Shown here: positions 10,275-19,504 of the stretch, piece by piece | How the letters are laid out: every line of letters begins with the position of its first letter | Position numbering within the stretch: position 1 is the stretch's first letter | Assembly: GCA_963718575.1 (NCBI GenBank) | Contig: OY970358.1 | Span: 642,172 to 706,171 of the forward strand | Length of the DNA: 64,000 nucleotides | Reading direction: 5' to 3' | From: an uncultured bacterium | GTDB taxonomy: Bacteria; Patescibacteriota; Minisyncoccia; UBA6257; 2-01-FULL-56-20 | Program-made: the position numbers and the translations under genes | Notes under the pieces: generated by a model | Databases searched by the model: none | Told to the model about the DNA's origin: nothing | What the model saw: only the letters and a program-made list of their open reading frames with translations

Positions 10275-10742
10275 ATGGCAAAGTTCGAGATCACATGGCA
10301 GGCGCCGGAGTTCGAGTATCGCGAGAAGGAAGTTTCGTGGTACTGGCTTTCGATCATTGTCGCCGCGTTCATCATCGCGTTTTCGGTGTGGCAGAAGGAT
10401 TTCCTTTTCGGATTTTTCATCGTCATTGCGGAGATGCTTTTTATTGTCTGGGGAAATCGCGTGCCACAAATGACCACATTCACGCTGACGGATATGGAGA
10501 TCAACATTGGGGGATATAAGACGTATCTTTTCAAGGAATTTGAGAGCTGGAGCGTGGATGCCGACGGCGCGGAGTGGTCCGATCTGATGTTCTATTTCCG
10601 CTCGCGCCTGCACCCGCCGCTCGCAGTGATGGTGCCGGATGAAAAAATGACGGAGGTGCGCGCAAATCTGAAGGTGGCGCTCAAAGAGATCGAACATCAG
10701 CCCACGCTGATCGATTCCATTGAAAAATTCCTCCGTTTCTAG
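10275..10742 (+). CDS. Hypothetical 2-TM membrane protein
   Basis: 155-aa ORF with two hydrophobic helices, tightly following the ORF6N gene. Confidence 0.45.
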   Translation: MAKFEITWQAPEFEYREKEVSWYWLSIIVAAFIIAFSVWQKDFLFGFFIVIAEMLFIVWGNRVPQMTTFTLTDMEINIGGYKTYLFKEFESWSVDADGAEWSDLMFYFRSRLHPPLAVMVPDEKMTEVRANLKVALKEIEHQPTLIDSIEKFLRF

Positions 10743-10763
10743 TACTATTCATCTGTTCTCTAT

Positions 10764-10835
10764 GCCCTCGTCGTTCAACGGATAGGACGCAAGCTTGCGG
10801 AGCCTGTAATCGTGGTTCGATTCCACGCGGGGGCA
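10764..10835 (+). tRNA. tRNA with anticodon GCG (Arg), 72 nt
   Basis: The cloverleaf was read by hand. 7-bp acceptor stem GCCCTCG/CGGGGGC, D-arm GTTC..GGAC, T-arm CGTGG TTCGATT CCACG. The anticodon loop TTGCGGA has one A.C mismatch in its stem. Confidence 0.55.
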
Positions 10836-10910
10836 CGGATAAAAATCGCCATTGAGCGAAGTGGATAGCACCAAGATGCAAGCGGGTGGCGTATTTAGTA
10901 TTATAGAAAG

Positions 10911-11951
10911 ATGGCGAAACCGACCGGGACCGGGAACAACCGTATCAGAAAGCGAATATATATTATCATAGTAATTCTCGCGTGCGCGGGGAGTTTTGGT
11001 TTCGGGTGGCTTTTGAATAAGATGACGACCACGATCACCATCCCGCCGCCGTTACGCCTGGGCGGCTATCAGTACATCAGCCCGCTCCTTAGTTGCAATC
11101 TTAGTGGCATCAAACTGGTTTCCCAGGATCAGCCGATGATCAACGCCCTCCAGTCGGTGATCTCACAGGATCAAAACGCCGGCGACGTCACCGAGGCGTC
11201 AGTATATTTCTCCGACTTTGCGACCAGCCAATCAGCGAATGTAAACGGCAATGATAAATATTATCCGGCGAGCCTCGGGAAAGTGCCGATCATGATGGCG
11301 TATTACGCGATGGCGGAAAATACAAGCAGCATTCTCGATGAAGAGAATGTGTATCCGACGAGTGCGCCGGATCAGAATGCTCAGCAGGAGATCCCGCCGG
11401 CGGATGCCATCACTCCCGGGAAGGAATATACGAACGAGCAGCTCATCGAGTATATGATCAAGTATTCCGACAATGATGCTGCGGAAGTGTTGACCGCGCT
11501 TACCACCCCCGCAGAATTGCAGGGCGTGCAGGATGTCTATTCCGATTTACAGATTCCGCTCGACAATACGGTGACCGCATCAACGAGCGATATCATGACG
11601 CCGTCGCAATACGCGATTCTTTTCAAGACGTTGTATAACGCCACGTATCTTTCCCGCGACTATTCCGAGAAGGCACTCGCGCTCATGACGCAGACGACGT
11701 TCACGCAGGGAATCGTGGCGGGCGTGCCGAGTTCAACGGTGGTTTCCCATAAATATGGATTGGTGTCATATACGTCGGGCGGTGTGCCGTATCAGTGGGA
11801 GCTTCACGATTGCGGCATCGTCTACGCGCCCGGACATCCATACTTGCTGTGCGTGATGACGAAGGGGACGACGAGCATCGCCGCACAGGAAAAGACGATT
11901 GCGGACATTTCCGCAGCGGCGTATCAGGAGGTCGAAAATGGCGGGGATTAA
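10911..11951 (+). CDS. Class A beta-lactamase-like / PBP-type serine hydrolase, secreted
   Basis: N-terminal TM/signal segment. Motifs SLGK (SxxK), YSDN (SDN) and a KYG (KTG-like) box. Confidence 0.55.
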   Translation: MAKPTGTGNNRIRKRIYIIIVILACAGSFGFGWLLNKMTTTITIPPPLRLGGYQYISPLLSCNLSGIKLVSQDQPMINALQSVISQDQNAGDVTEASVYFSDFATSQSANVNGNDKYYPASLGKVPIMMAYYAMAENTSSILDEENVYPTSAPDQNAQQEIPPADAITPGKEYTNEQLIEYMIKYSDNDAAEVLTALTTPAELQGVQDVYSDLQIPLDNTVTASTSDIMTPSQYAILFKTLYNATYLSRDYSEKALALMTQTTFTQGIVAGVPSSTVVSHKYGLVSYTSGGVPYQWELHDCGIVYAPGHPYLLCVMTKGTTSIAAQEKTIADISAAAYQEVENGGD

Positions 11952-12012
11952 AAGTTTGTTTCGCGCGGATTGATTTTTTTGTGAAGCTCTATATAATGAA
12001 TCCGTAAACAAA

Positions 12013-12083
12013 GCGGGTATCGTATAACGGTATTACATCTGGTTGCCAATCAGACGACAGGGGTCCGACTCCCCTTACCCGCT
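12013..12083 (+). tRNA. tRNA-Gly(GCC)
   Basis: Acceptor GCGGGTA/TACCCGC, anticodon loop TTGCCAA and discriminator U. Ends 2 nt before the ABC ATPase ATG. Confidence 0.8.
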
Positions 12084-12085
12084 CA

Positions 12086-12901
12086 ATGGAACCTCCGAAA
12101 ACTGCATCGATCATCGACATCAAGAACCTGACGAAACGGTTCGGTGACTTCGCCGCGGTGGGGGATGTCTCGTTTGGCGTGGAACGCGGGGAGATCTTTG
12201 CGTGCCTCGGGCCGAACGGCGCGGGGAAAAGTACGCTGATCAAAATGCTCATCACATTACTGAAGCCCACGGATGGCGATGCGACGATCGACGGGCACGA
12301 TATTGTGCATCATTCTGCGGAAGTGCGGAACACGATCGGCTACGTGCCGCAATCGATTTCGGTGGACGGCACGCTCACGGCATACGAGAACCTGATGCTC
12401 TTTGCGCGGCTTTACGACATCCCGCGCGCGGCGCGCAAGACGCGCATTCAGGAGACGCTCGAGTTCCTCAATCTTCAGGGCCACGCGAACGCGCTCGTGC
12501 GCACGTTTTCCGGCGGCATGATCCGCAAGATGGAGATCGGGCAGGCGATGTTGCACCGGCCAAAGGTGCTGTTTTTGGATGAGCCGACGACCGGCCTCGA
12601 TCCGATCGCCCAGCAGAGCGTGTGGGGTCATCTCGCCGACCTCCGCAAGACGATGGGTACGACGATATTTTTCTCGACGCACAATATGGAAGAGGCCGAC
12701 GGCGTGAGCGATCGCGTTGCCGTCATGAACCAGGGAAAGGTCGCGGTGATCGGAACGGTGCCGGAGTTGAAAGAAAAGACCGGCAAGCCGAACGCCACAC
12801 TTGAGGATGCGTTCATCTTCTTCTCGGGGAACAATATGAGCGATACGGGAAATTTCCGCGACATCCGTCGCATGCGCCAGACGGAAAAAAGACTGGGATA
12901 A
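12086..12901 (+). CDS. ABC transporter ATP-binding protein (ABC-2/DrrA-like)
   Basis: Walker A GPNGAGKST, an ABC signature region and Walker B LFLDEPTTGLD. Confidence 0.9.
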   Translation: MEPPKTASIIDIKNLTKRFGDFAAVGDVSFGVERGEIFACLGPNGAGKSTLIKMLITLLKPTDGDATIDGHDIVHHSAEVRNTIGYVPQSISVDGTLTAYENLMLFARLYDIPRAARKTRIQETLEFLNLQGHANALVRTFSGGMIRKMEIGQAMLHRPKVLFLDEPTTGLDPIAQQSVWGHLADLRKTMGTTIFFSTHNMEEADGVSDRVAVMNQGKVAVIGTVPELKEKTGKPNATLEDAFIFFSGNNMSDTGNFRDIRRMRQTEKRLG

Positions 12902-12913
12902 TTTTATACAGCG

Positions 12914-13690
12914 ATGTTCCACTATCTTTACGAAACAATTAAAAAGTCCTGGGTGCTGACCGAAATGGAAGCGCGGAAGCTTTTGCACGATCCGACGGAG
13001 CTCATCTCCCGCGCCGTACAGCCGATCCTATGGCTTGGCATCTTCGGTGAGGCGCTCAGTAAAGTGCGCGCGATCCCGACGGGCGGATTCACCTATCTGC
13101 AGTTCATCACGCCGGGCATTCTTACGCAGTCGGTCGTCTTTGTGGCGATATTCTATGGCCTCTATATCATCATGGACCGTGACACCGGCATTTTGCAGAA
13201 ATTGCTCGTGACGCCGACGCCGCGCCTCGCGCTCGTGTGGGGCAAGATGCTTTCCGCCGGCCTGCGCGGACTGTGTCAGGCGCTCATCGTTTTCATTTTC
13301 GCGATCATCCTCGGCGTCCAGTTGAACATTTCGCTCTGGTCCATCCTCGGCGTCATCGTGATTGTCCTCCTTGGCGCGGCCGTCTTCACCGGCATCTCGA
13401 TGATCATCGCCTCCATCGTAAAGACGCGCGAGCGGTTCATGGGCATCGGACAGGTGATCACGCTGCCGCTCTTCTTCGCTTCGAACGCCATCTATCCGAT
13501 CGCGATCATGCCGACGTGGCTTCAGGTGGTGGCGAACATCAATCCGTTGAGCTATATGGTGGACGGGTTGCGCGCGCTCATGCTCACGAACACGAGCGCG
13601 GGTGTCGGCTTCGACATTTTCATTCTCGCGGTCGTCGCGCTCGGCATATCAATGATCAGCGCATGGATGTATCCGAAGGTGGTGATATAG
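12914..13690 (+). CDS. ABC-2 type transporter permease
   Basis: Six predicted TM helices, adjacent to the ATPase gene. Confidence 0.85.
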   Translation: MFHYLYETIKKSWVLTEMEARKLLHDPTELISRAVQPILWLGIFGEALSKVRAIPTGGFTYLQFITPGILTQSVVFVAIFYGLYIIMDRDTGILQKLLVTPTPRLALVWGKMLSAGLRGLCQALIVFIFAIILGVQLNISLWSILGVIVIVLLGAAVFTGISMIIASIVKTRERFMGIGQVITLPLFFASNAIYPIAIMPTWLQVVANINPLSYMVDGLRALMLTNTSAGVGFDIFILAVVALGISMISAWMYPKVVI

Positions 13691-13769
13691 CAGTGGATAT
13701 GTGTTGATTTTTTTTCGGCCATGCGTATATTTCTAAAAAGTGTGTGAGCATTTTTTGGGGAGGAACCGA

Positions 13770-13985
13770 ATGCCCTGCATCGCCGAATATTGTGACCCCG
13801 AGTTTCGCCATCAACCGCCCATCATCGAACTTGTCGATGCCCTTACGGACGAACTTCGCAACGCAAAGGATAAGACCGCGTTCGATCTGACTTTTGTGAA
13901 CGCCATTGCCACTGTCAGCAAGGTCTTTGGAGCCGATGCCGTTGAAGCTTTTAAGGAAGTATTGCCGGTCTGGAACGGCGCCTGA
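13770..13985 (+). CDS. Small hypothetical protein (71 aa)
   Basis: ATG 13770 (MPCIAEYCDPEF...) downstream of the ABC exporter. Confidence 0.35.
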   Translation: MPCIAEYCDPEFRHQPPIIELVDALTDELRNAKDKTAFDLTFVNAIATVSKVFGADAVEAFKEVLPVWNGA

Positions 13986-14098
13986 CTTCTTCTCTCTCTA
14001 TGAATGACGGGGCCTCAAGCGGCTGCAGGCACTCCGGTGCTTGCAGCCTTTTTTACATGGATTTGCAGGATTCCTTTTATGGAGTAAAATCTATAACA

Positions 14099-14692
14099 AT
14101 GATCCTCTCTGACCGCGACATTGAGAAGGCGCTGAAAAGCGGACGAATAACGGTCGCGCCGCTGTTTCCCCATGCGATCCAGCCGGCATCGATCGACCTC
14201 CATCTTGGAAAAGATTTTTTGGTATTTAAAACCAATGACCAAGTGTGCATCGACCCGAAAGAGCCGATTGATCACATCATGGAAAAGGCGGAGATCAGTG
14301 AAAAAAAACAATTCGTAATCCACCCGGGCGAGTTCGCGCTTGGCATGATCTACGAAGTGGTGGGCGTCGGTGATGATATGGTGGGACGCCTAGAGGGGAA
14401 GTCGTCGCTCGGGCGCATCGGTCTTATCATTCATGCAACGGCGGGCTATCTTGACCCGGGAAATAAATTAAAGATGACGCTTGAGCTGCATAACGTCTCT
14501 CCGTTGCCGATCAAGCTTTACTATAAAATGCCGATCGCGCAGATGTCGTTCACGCCGCTCTCTTCGCCCGCCGAACATCCATATGGCAAGAAGGCGCTTG
14601 GCAGTAAATATTATGGCGCGATGAAACCGCAGGCGTCGCAGTACTGGAGGAATTTCAAGAAGAATAATCAGTGGATGAAGTTTGAGAAATAA
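14099..14692 (+). CDS. dcd: dCTP deaminase
   Basis: MILSDRDIEKALKSGRI...IDLHLG...IHPGEFALG...GKSSLGRIGL is typical of the Dcd/dUTPase fold. Confidence 0.85.
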   Translation: MILSDRDIEKALKSGRITVAPLFPHAIQPASIDLHLGKDFLVFKTNDQVCIDPKEPIDHIMEKAEISEKKQFVIHPGEFALGMIYEVVGVGDDMVGRLEGKSSLGRIGLIIHATAGYLDPGNKLKMTLELHNVSPLPIKLYYKMPIAQMSFTPLSSPAEHPYGKKALGSKYYGAMKPQASQYWRNFKKNNQWMKFEK

Positions 14693-14693
14693 A

Positions 14694-16373
14694 ATGAATA
14701 ACGAAGCGTACCGTCCGGATTTTCCACAGGAGGCATGGACCGACGAAGAGCGATTTCTCCTTGGGCCGTTTGTAAGCGACCTCGACGGGTTCGTTTCGGT
14801 ATTGCGCAATCTTCCGCCGGAGATCGTGGGAGCGCTCTGTTCCCGCGCGAGCCGCGCGGGCGGTTCTCTCGTGCGCATATTACATGACGAATATCTGAAG
14901 CCGATCATTGATAGCGATCCAAAGCTCGGCGAAGAACTGAAGAATATGGTCGTGTTCCTCAATGAGCACGGATTCAAGAATATTTTGAACAATCAGCGCG
15001 CGCAGGCGTTCTACGTGAAGTGGCTTTCGCAATATGGTGACGATTCGATCGCACAGATGACAGGCACGCATGTGGCGTTTTGGGGAATTTCGCAGGTGGC
15101 GATGAAATATCTGGAGGATCAGCGCATCGGCCTCGAGCCGATCGAGAAGTCCACGCGGTATGTGAGCTTTGCCAAGAAAGTTGGTGGGAAGTATCTGTAC
15201 TACACACCAAAGCCGGATCTCGAAAAGCTGGGATTGCTCGTTGAATATAAGAACGCGCTCGATAATCTTTTTGAAACGTATTCATCGCTTGTGGAGGAGT
15301 TGAAGGTATGGCTTAAAGCGAATTATGAAGAGAAGGAAGGCGTGCTTGAGAAAAAAGCATTCGATACCCTGCGTGGTATGCTCCCGATGGCGACGCTCGG
15401 TCAGGTGGGCTTCCGCGGCAACGCGCAGGCGCTTGAGTATGCGGTGAATCGCATGGCCGCGCACGAACTCGGCGAGTTCCGGTGGATATCGGATACGTTA
15501 AGAGGGGAGCTTGATAAGGAGATTCCCTCATTGTTGTTGCGCTTGCAGGACGAGAAGTCGCATGAATACCAGGGATATCTCGGGCATCGCATGCAAATCA
15601 CGCGGAATTTTGTGAAGACGTCGCATGCGGATTTCGCGGCAGCGGCCGATGGCGCTGCGCCAGCAACGGGCCCAGTGGTGAAGCTTGTCGAGTATGATGC
15701 TGATGCCGAGCTTAAAGTGCTCGCGGGAATTCTCTATTCGGCGAGCCACGCAGAATGGGACGAATGTTTTACAAAGGCAAAGAAGCTTTCGCCAGAAGAA
15801 AAAGAAAAATTACTCGGCGCCTACCTTTCTGGCCGCACCGCGCGATGGCATAAAGTGGGTCGCGCATTTGAGAACAGCTATGTCCGCTTCGATATCCTTA
15901 TGGATATCGGTGCGTATCGCGACCTGCACCGCCATCGGATGATGACGCAGGAGCGCCAGCTCTTTAGCGTACGCCATGGATATGATATGCCGCAGGAGAT
16001 CGCGTGGGCAGGGCTCGAAAAGCGTTATCGCGAGACGATGGAATCAATAGTGCCGCTATTCAATGAACTGGAAGCATATTCTCCTGAGCTCGCGCAGTAC
16101 GTTGTGCCGCTTGCGTACCGCGTTCGTTTTCAACAATACCAAAACCTCCGCCAATTTTTCTGGGAGGCAGAGCTACGTACCGGGCCGCAGGGTCATCCGA
16201 ACTATCGCTTTATCGAGCAGGAAAAATTCCGCCTATTAAAAGAAAAACTTCCACTCATCAGTAAGGCGATGATCGTGGATATGAATGATTACAGTTTCGC
16301 CCGACGCGGCACCGAAGAGGCGATCCTCGCGAAGGAAGAGAAGCTGAGAAATAAACTTCAGGGGAAGGGCTAG
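14694..16373 (+). CDS. Probable flavin-dependent thymidylate synthase (ThyX-like), long two-domain form
   Basis: RHR motif (DLHRHRMMTQERQ), an S-x-RY-like motif (EKSTRYVSF), and a position between dcd and tmk. The motif spacing is non-canonical, so the assignment is tentative. Confidence 0.45.
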   Translation: MNNEAYRPDFPQEAWTDEERFLLGPFVSDLDGFVSVLRNLPPEIVGALCSRASRAGGSLVRILHDEYLKPIIDSDPKLGEELKNMVVFLNEHGFKNILNNQRAQAFYVKWLSQYGDDSIAQMTGTHVAFWGISQVAMKYLEDQRIGLEPIEKSTRYVSFAKKVGGKYLYYTPKPDLEKLGLLVEYKNALDNLFETYSSLVEELKVWLKANYEEKEGVLEKKAFDTLRGMLPMATLGQVGFRGNAQALEYAVNRMAAHELGEFRWISDTLRGELDKEIPSLLLRLQDEKSHEYQGYLGHRMQITRNFVKTSHADFAAAADGAAPATGPVVKLVEYDADAELKVLAGILYSASHAEWDECFTKAKKLSPEEKEKLLGAYLSGRTARWHKVGRAFENSYVRFDILMDIGAYRDLHRHRMMTQERQLFSVRHGYDMPQEIAWAGLEKRYRETMESIVPLFNELEAYSPELAQYVVPLAYRVRFQQYQNLRQFFWEAELRTGPQGHPNYRFIEQEKFRLLKEKLPLISKAMIVDMNDYSFARRGTEEAILAKEEKLRNKLQGKG

Positions 16374-17053
16374 CGTCCGACTGTCTTTTGGAAAACCAGC
16401 CAAACTTTCTCATGTACGGCGTCGATCGAAAGCAGTTTGCCGTCTTCCACGCATTCTACAACGGCGAACTCGGAGGGATATGCCTCGGCCAACTGCCGGT
16501 ATGTTTCCTCGCTCCTTTTTAAATGATTGATATCGGATTCATGAAGGTCGCGCTTTTTTCCACCGAGATATTGACGCTCTAATTTTTTATCCACGAGTTC
16601 CTGTGCAATCTCCGCGGGAACATGGAGAAGGATATTTAAATCCGGCCGCGGAATTTTATTGATATTGTATTCAAGATCGCTATTCCATTCGAAATATTTT
16701 TTACGCTCGGCACGATCGTTGTATTTTGATCCTTGATGCCCAAGACTCGACGCAACATAGCGATTTGAGATTACAATGTCGCTCTCCGCGAGTGCGGTAC
16801 GGATCGCCGGTGCCGCCGCATAGCGGTCGAGCGCGTAGAAGAGGGAGGCGGTCTTGGGCCCCACCTCGTCTATCGTGCCGAAATTGCCGTTCAGGAACTG
16901 ACTTACGAACCATGCGGAAGGTTCGCTATAGCGCGGGAAGTCGAACGGGGTCACCGTCATCCCGGAATCCTTCAACCGTTTTACCAGCCGGATTGTTTGT
17001 TCTCCTTTTCCTGAACCATCAGTCCCTTCAATGACGATAAATTTTCCAGCCAT
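16370..17053 (-). CDS. tmk: Thymidylate kinase
   Basis: P-loop IVIEGTDGSGKG and the DRY motif region. Confidence 0.85.
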   Translation of the reverse strand: MAGKFIVIEGTDGSGKGEQTIRLVKRLKDSGMTVTPFDFPRYSEPSAWFVSQFLNGNFGTIDEVGPKTASLFYALDRYAAAPAIRTALAESDIVISNRYVASSLGHQGSKYNDRAERKKYFEWNSDLEYNINKIPRPDLNILLHVPAEIAQELVDKKLERQYLGGKKRDLHESDINHLKRSEETYRQLAEAYPSEFAVVECVEDGKLLSIDAVHEKVWLVFQKTVGR

Positions 17054-17204
17054 GTTCTCTACAGTATAAAGGGAATGGGCACCGCGACGCTAGACCCGGA
17101 AACCCCAACGCGCTATAATAGACCTATAAGAAGATGCCCTATTGCGTGGGGCATTTTTGATAAACGGGGGTGGGCGAGATAAACGCCAAAAACCCCTCAA
17201 AACG

Positions 17205-17232
17205 AGTAACTTATCCACATAATTTACGTTCT
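17205..17232 (+). promoter_or_regulatory. ECF-type promoter GTAAC-N16-CGTTC immediately upstream of the sigma factor ATG (autoregulatory, leaderless)
   Basis: AAC at 17208-10, a 16-nt spacer and CGT at 17227-29; ATG at 17235. Confidence 0.4.
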
Positions 17233-17234
17233 AC

Positions 17235-17801
17235 ATGATAGACGGTGAGGAAGAAAAACTCATTCAGTCAGCCGTCGGGGGCGATTCCTCGGCTTTTGGC
17301 TCTCTCTACGATCGTTATCAATCGGCAATTTACCGCTTTATTGTGATCAAAGTCGGCAGCCGTGAGGAAGCCGAGGATATCACCCATCACGTGTTCCTGT
17401 CCGCGTGGCAGAAGGTAGGCACCTATAAGCACCGCGGGCATCCGTTCTCGAGCTGGCTTTACCAGATCGCGCGGAACATGGTGATTGACCATTATCGTTC
17501 CCAAAAGGACGATGTGAGTCTCGACAAGCTGGACCCGGATTCTTCCATCATTCCCGCCGTCGCGCAGTCGGACCTTTTTACAAAGATGCAGCTCGAGAAA
17601 GTGCATGGTGCGATCAAAGAGCTGAAGCCAGATTATCAGGATGTCATCATTCTGAGATTCGTCGAAGACCTGTCGCTCAAAGACACTGCGACGATTCTCA
17701 AGAAATCGGAAGGCGCCGTGAAGCTTGCCCAGCACCGCGCCATCAAGGAGTTGAAAAAGAAATTGGGCGGTGAGCATTACGAAGACGATGAAATTATCTG
17801 A
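17235..17801 (+). CDS. ECF (sigma-70 family group IV) RNA polymerase sigma factor
   Basis: Region 2 (YRFIVIKVGSREEAEDITHHVFLSAW...WLYQIARN) and region 4 HTH (DVIILRFVEDLSLKDTATILKKSEGAVKLAQHRA). Confidence 0.85.
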   Translation: MIDGEEEKLIQSAVGGDSSAFGSLYDRYQSAIYRFIVIKVGSREEAEDITHHVFLSAWQKVGTYKHRGHPFSSWLYQIARNMVIDHYRSQKDDVSLDKLDPDSSIIPAVAQSDLFTKMQLEKVHGAIKELKPDYQDVIILRFVEDLSLKDTATILKKSEGAVKLAQHRAIKELKKKLGGEHYEDDEII

Positions 17802-18303
17802 CCTATTAAAACAATTTAAAACTATCGAGCCCGACGCGGAATTTTCCCAACGGACGCGCACGGAGATTTTGCTTTCTCCGCGGGCGGAGCGCCGCACCAT
17901 GGGCGGCGTGTTCACGTTTTTACACATGCTTGAAACGGGTGCCGCGGTGGCCCTCGCCGGATTTTTCATATTCATACTCGCGGAAAGTTTTTCTCCGACC
18001 CGCTCGATCGGGCCGGTACAATATGCGGTGATTGATCCCGCCGGATTGCACGCAGAGGCGCAGGCGATCGATATGCAGATCCAGCTCGCTGATATCGAGT
18101 ATCCGCAGGTGACGTCCACTGCAGCAGGGGAATCGGTGGCCGCGTCACCAGCGACGCTCAATAAAGTTTTTGCCGCCGCGCTTGGCGTTCAGTCCACATC
18201 TTCCGCATCCGCGCCGGCCGCAACGGCCGGGGGGGCGACTTCGACCGCTTCGACCACCACCGCACTTTCCGTCGATCAGGCATTGCAACAACTATCCCAT
18301 TAA
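17788..18303 (+). CDS. Putative membrane-anchored anti-sigma factor
   Basis: Overlaps the sigma gene stop by 14 nt; single TM segment (AAVALAGFFIFILA) and a Ser/Ala/Thr-rich C-terminus. Confidence 0.5.
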   Translation: MKLSDLLKQFKTIEPDAEFSQRTRTEILLSPRAERRTMGGVFTFLHMLETGAAVALAGFFIFILAESFSPTRSIGPVQYAVIDPAGLHAEAQAIDMQIQLADIEYPQVTSTAAGESVAASPATLNKVFAAALGVQSTSSASAPAATAGGATSTASTTTALSVDQALQQLSH

Positions 18304-19083
18304 ATGAAAATCGCAAAGGCGGTATCTCTGGCTATTTCCTCCATCCTGTTTGCCGCAGGCGCGTTTTTTATTTTGGGATTCATCGGCGCGCCGACCGCGC
18401 AGGCGGCGACCTGTGGCATCACCGCGGGAGATATCGCCCAGATAACGGCAATAGAGAATGATGCCTCGCTTACCTCTTCACAAGAAATTACGCAGGAGCT
18501 CGCGGCGAGGAAAAAACTTGTCGGAGAGACGATCATGTGTGCGCAACAGGAGGCAAAGACGTTTCAGATAAATTTAGCGAGCACTACCGTCCAGGGGGAT
18601 TCCCAGCAATTGCAGGGGCAGCTATTGAGCGATCTTGGTAATGCATCAAATTTTTATAATTTGGAACTGACCAAATTGAGCGGTGTCGGCATTTCCGGCA
18701 GCGAGGAGATCGCGCAGGCGGTGCTTGCCTGGCGTGCGGGGACCTTCCTTCCTCTCAGCGAGAACGTCAACAACTTCATTCTGTGGGCGCAGAACCAGAG
18801 TCTTTTTGATACTGCACAGACCCGGATGACACAGACGGGGCAGGCGGTCTCGTTCCTTGAGGGGACGACGCCCAATGTCGCCTTGCAGACCGCTTTCGAT
18901 AACGCGCAGTCATCCTTTAATAGCGCCGAGAGCGAGAACCTTCAGGCGAAGGCCGCGCTCGCGCAGGGACTTTCGCCTGACCAATCGCTCGCGCTCATCA
19001 AGCAATCGCTTGCTTCGCTTTCCGCAACGTATCAGAATCTATTCACAGTGAGCACACTGATCACCAACAACCTCCCGCAGTAG
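18304..19083 (+). CDS. Secreted hypothetical protein (signal peptide), same operon as sigma/anti-sigma
   Basis: ATG directly after the anti-sigma stop; N-terminal signal sequence. Confidence 0.5.
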   Translation: MKIAKAVSLAISSILFAAGAFFILGFIGAPTAQAATCGITAGDIAQITAIENDASLTSSQEITQELAARKKLVGETIMCAQQEAKTFQINLASTTVQGDSQQLQGQLLSDLGNASNFYNLELTKLSGVGISGSEEIAQAVLAWRAGTFLPLSENVNNFILWAQNQSLFDTAQTRMTQTGQAVSFLEGTTPNVALQTAFDNAQSSFNSAESENLQAKAALAQGLSPDQSLALIKQSLASLSATYQNLFTVSTLITNNLPQ

Positions 19084-19498
19084 GAACCGTATGTAAATAG
19101 TTCTCAATCAGTGCGATATCTTTAGAATCCTTTTCGCGGCCATACGAGCGTTTAATCCGTACGATGTCTTTTAAATTGCAAAAAGGAATCCCATTGATAA
19201 TTTCCGCGGCCTCTCTCAACTCTTTGAATCCAGATTGGATTCCGCCGCCGATCGTCGGATACAGTTCTATTACGCCATTGTCCAGGCCCGATGGTTCATT
19301 CGGATCCAAGCGGGGATGGATTTTCCATTTATCATCTTTTCAGCACTCTTCCAATAATTCAAGAGCAACTAAAATATCGACGTCGTGTGTTTCTCGGATT
19401 CCTCTTGCGGCGATTGCGCCGCCGCCAAAAACAACATATCTTTCTGGCGGGAAGCCAAGCTTTTTAATTTCACGAAAGACATCCATTTCTGAATTATA
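19061..19498 (-). pseudogene. Minimal nucleotidyltransferase (pol-beta superfamily) interrupted by an in-frame TGA
   Basis: Start ATG 19498 (MDVFREIKKLGFPPERYVVFGGGAIAARGIRETHDVDILV shows the G[GS]x9-13DxD motif). An in-frame TGA lies at 19352-19354. The same frame continues as ORF 19061-19309. Confidence 0.4.
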
Positions 19499-19504
19499 GC
19501 AGTT

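Noticed and set aside
17139-17170. Hairpin + T-run (GATGCCC..GGGCATTTTT) on the plus strand upstream of the ECF sigma gene
   Set aside because: No plus-strand gene ends nearby (tmk is on the minus strand). It is more likely a fortuitous hairpin or part of the sigma-gene regulatory region than a terminator.
19164-19499. 111-aa plus-strand ORF
   Set aside because: Antisense to the nucleotidyltransferase pseudogene and lacks start context. The conserved NTase motif on the minus strand explains the region better.
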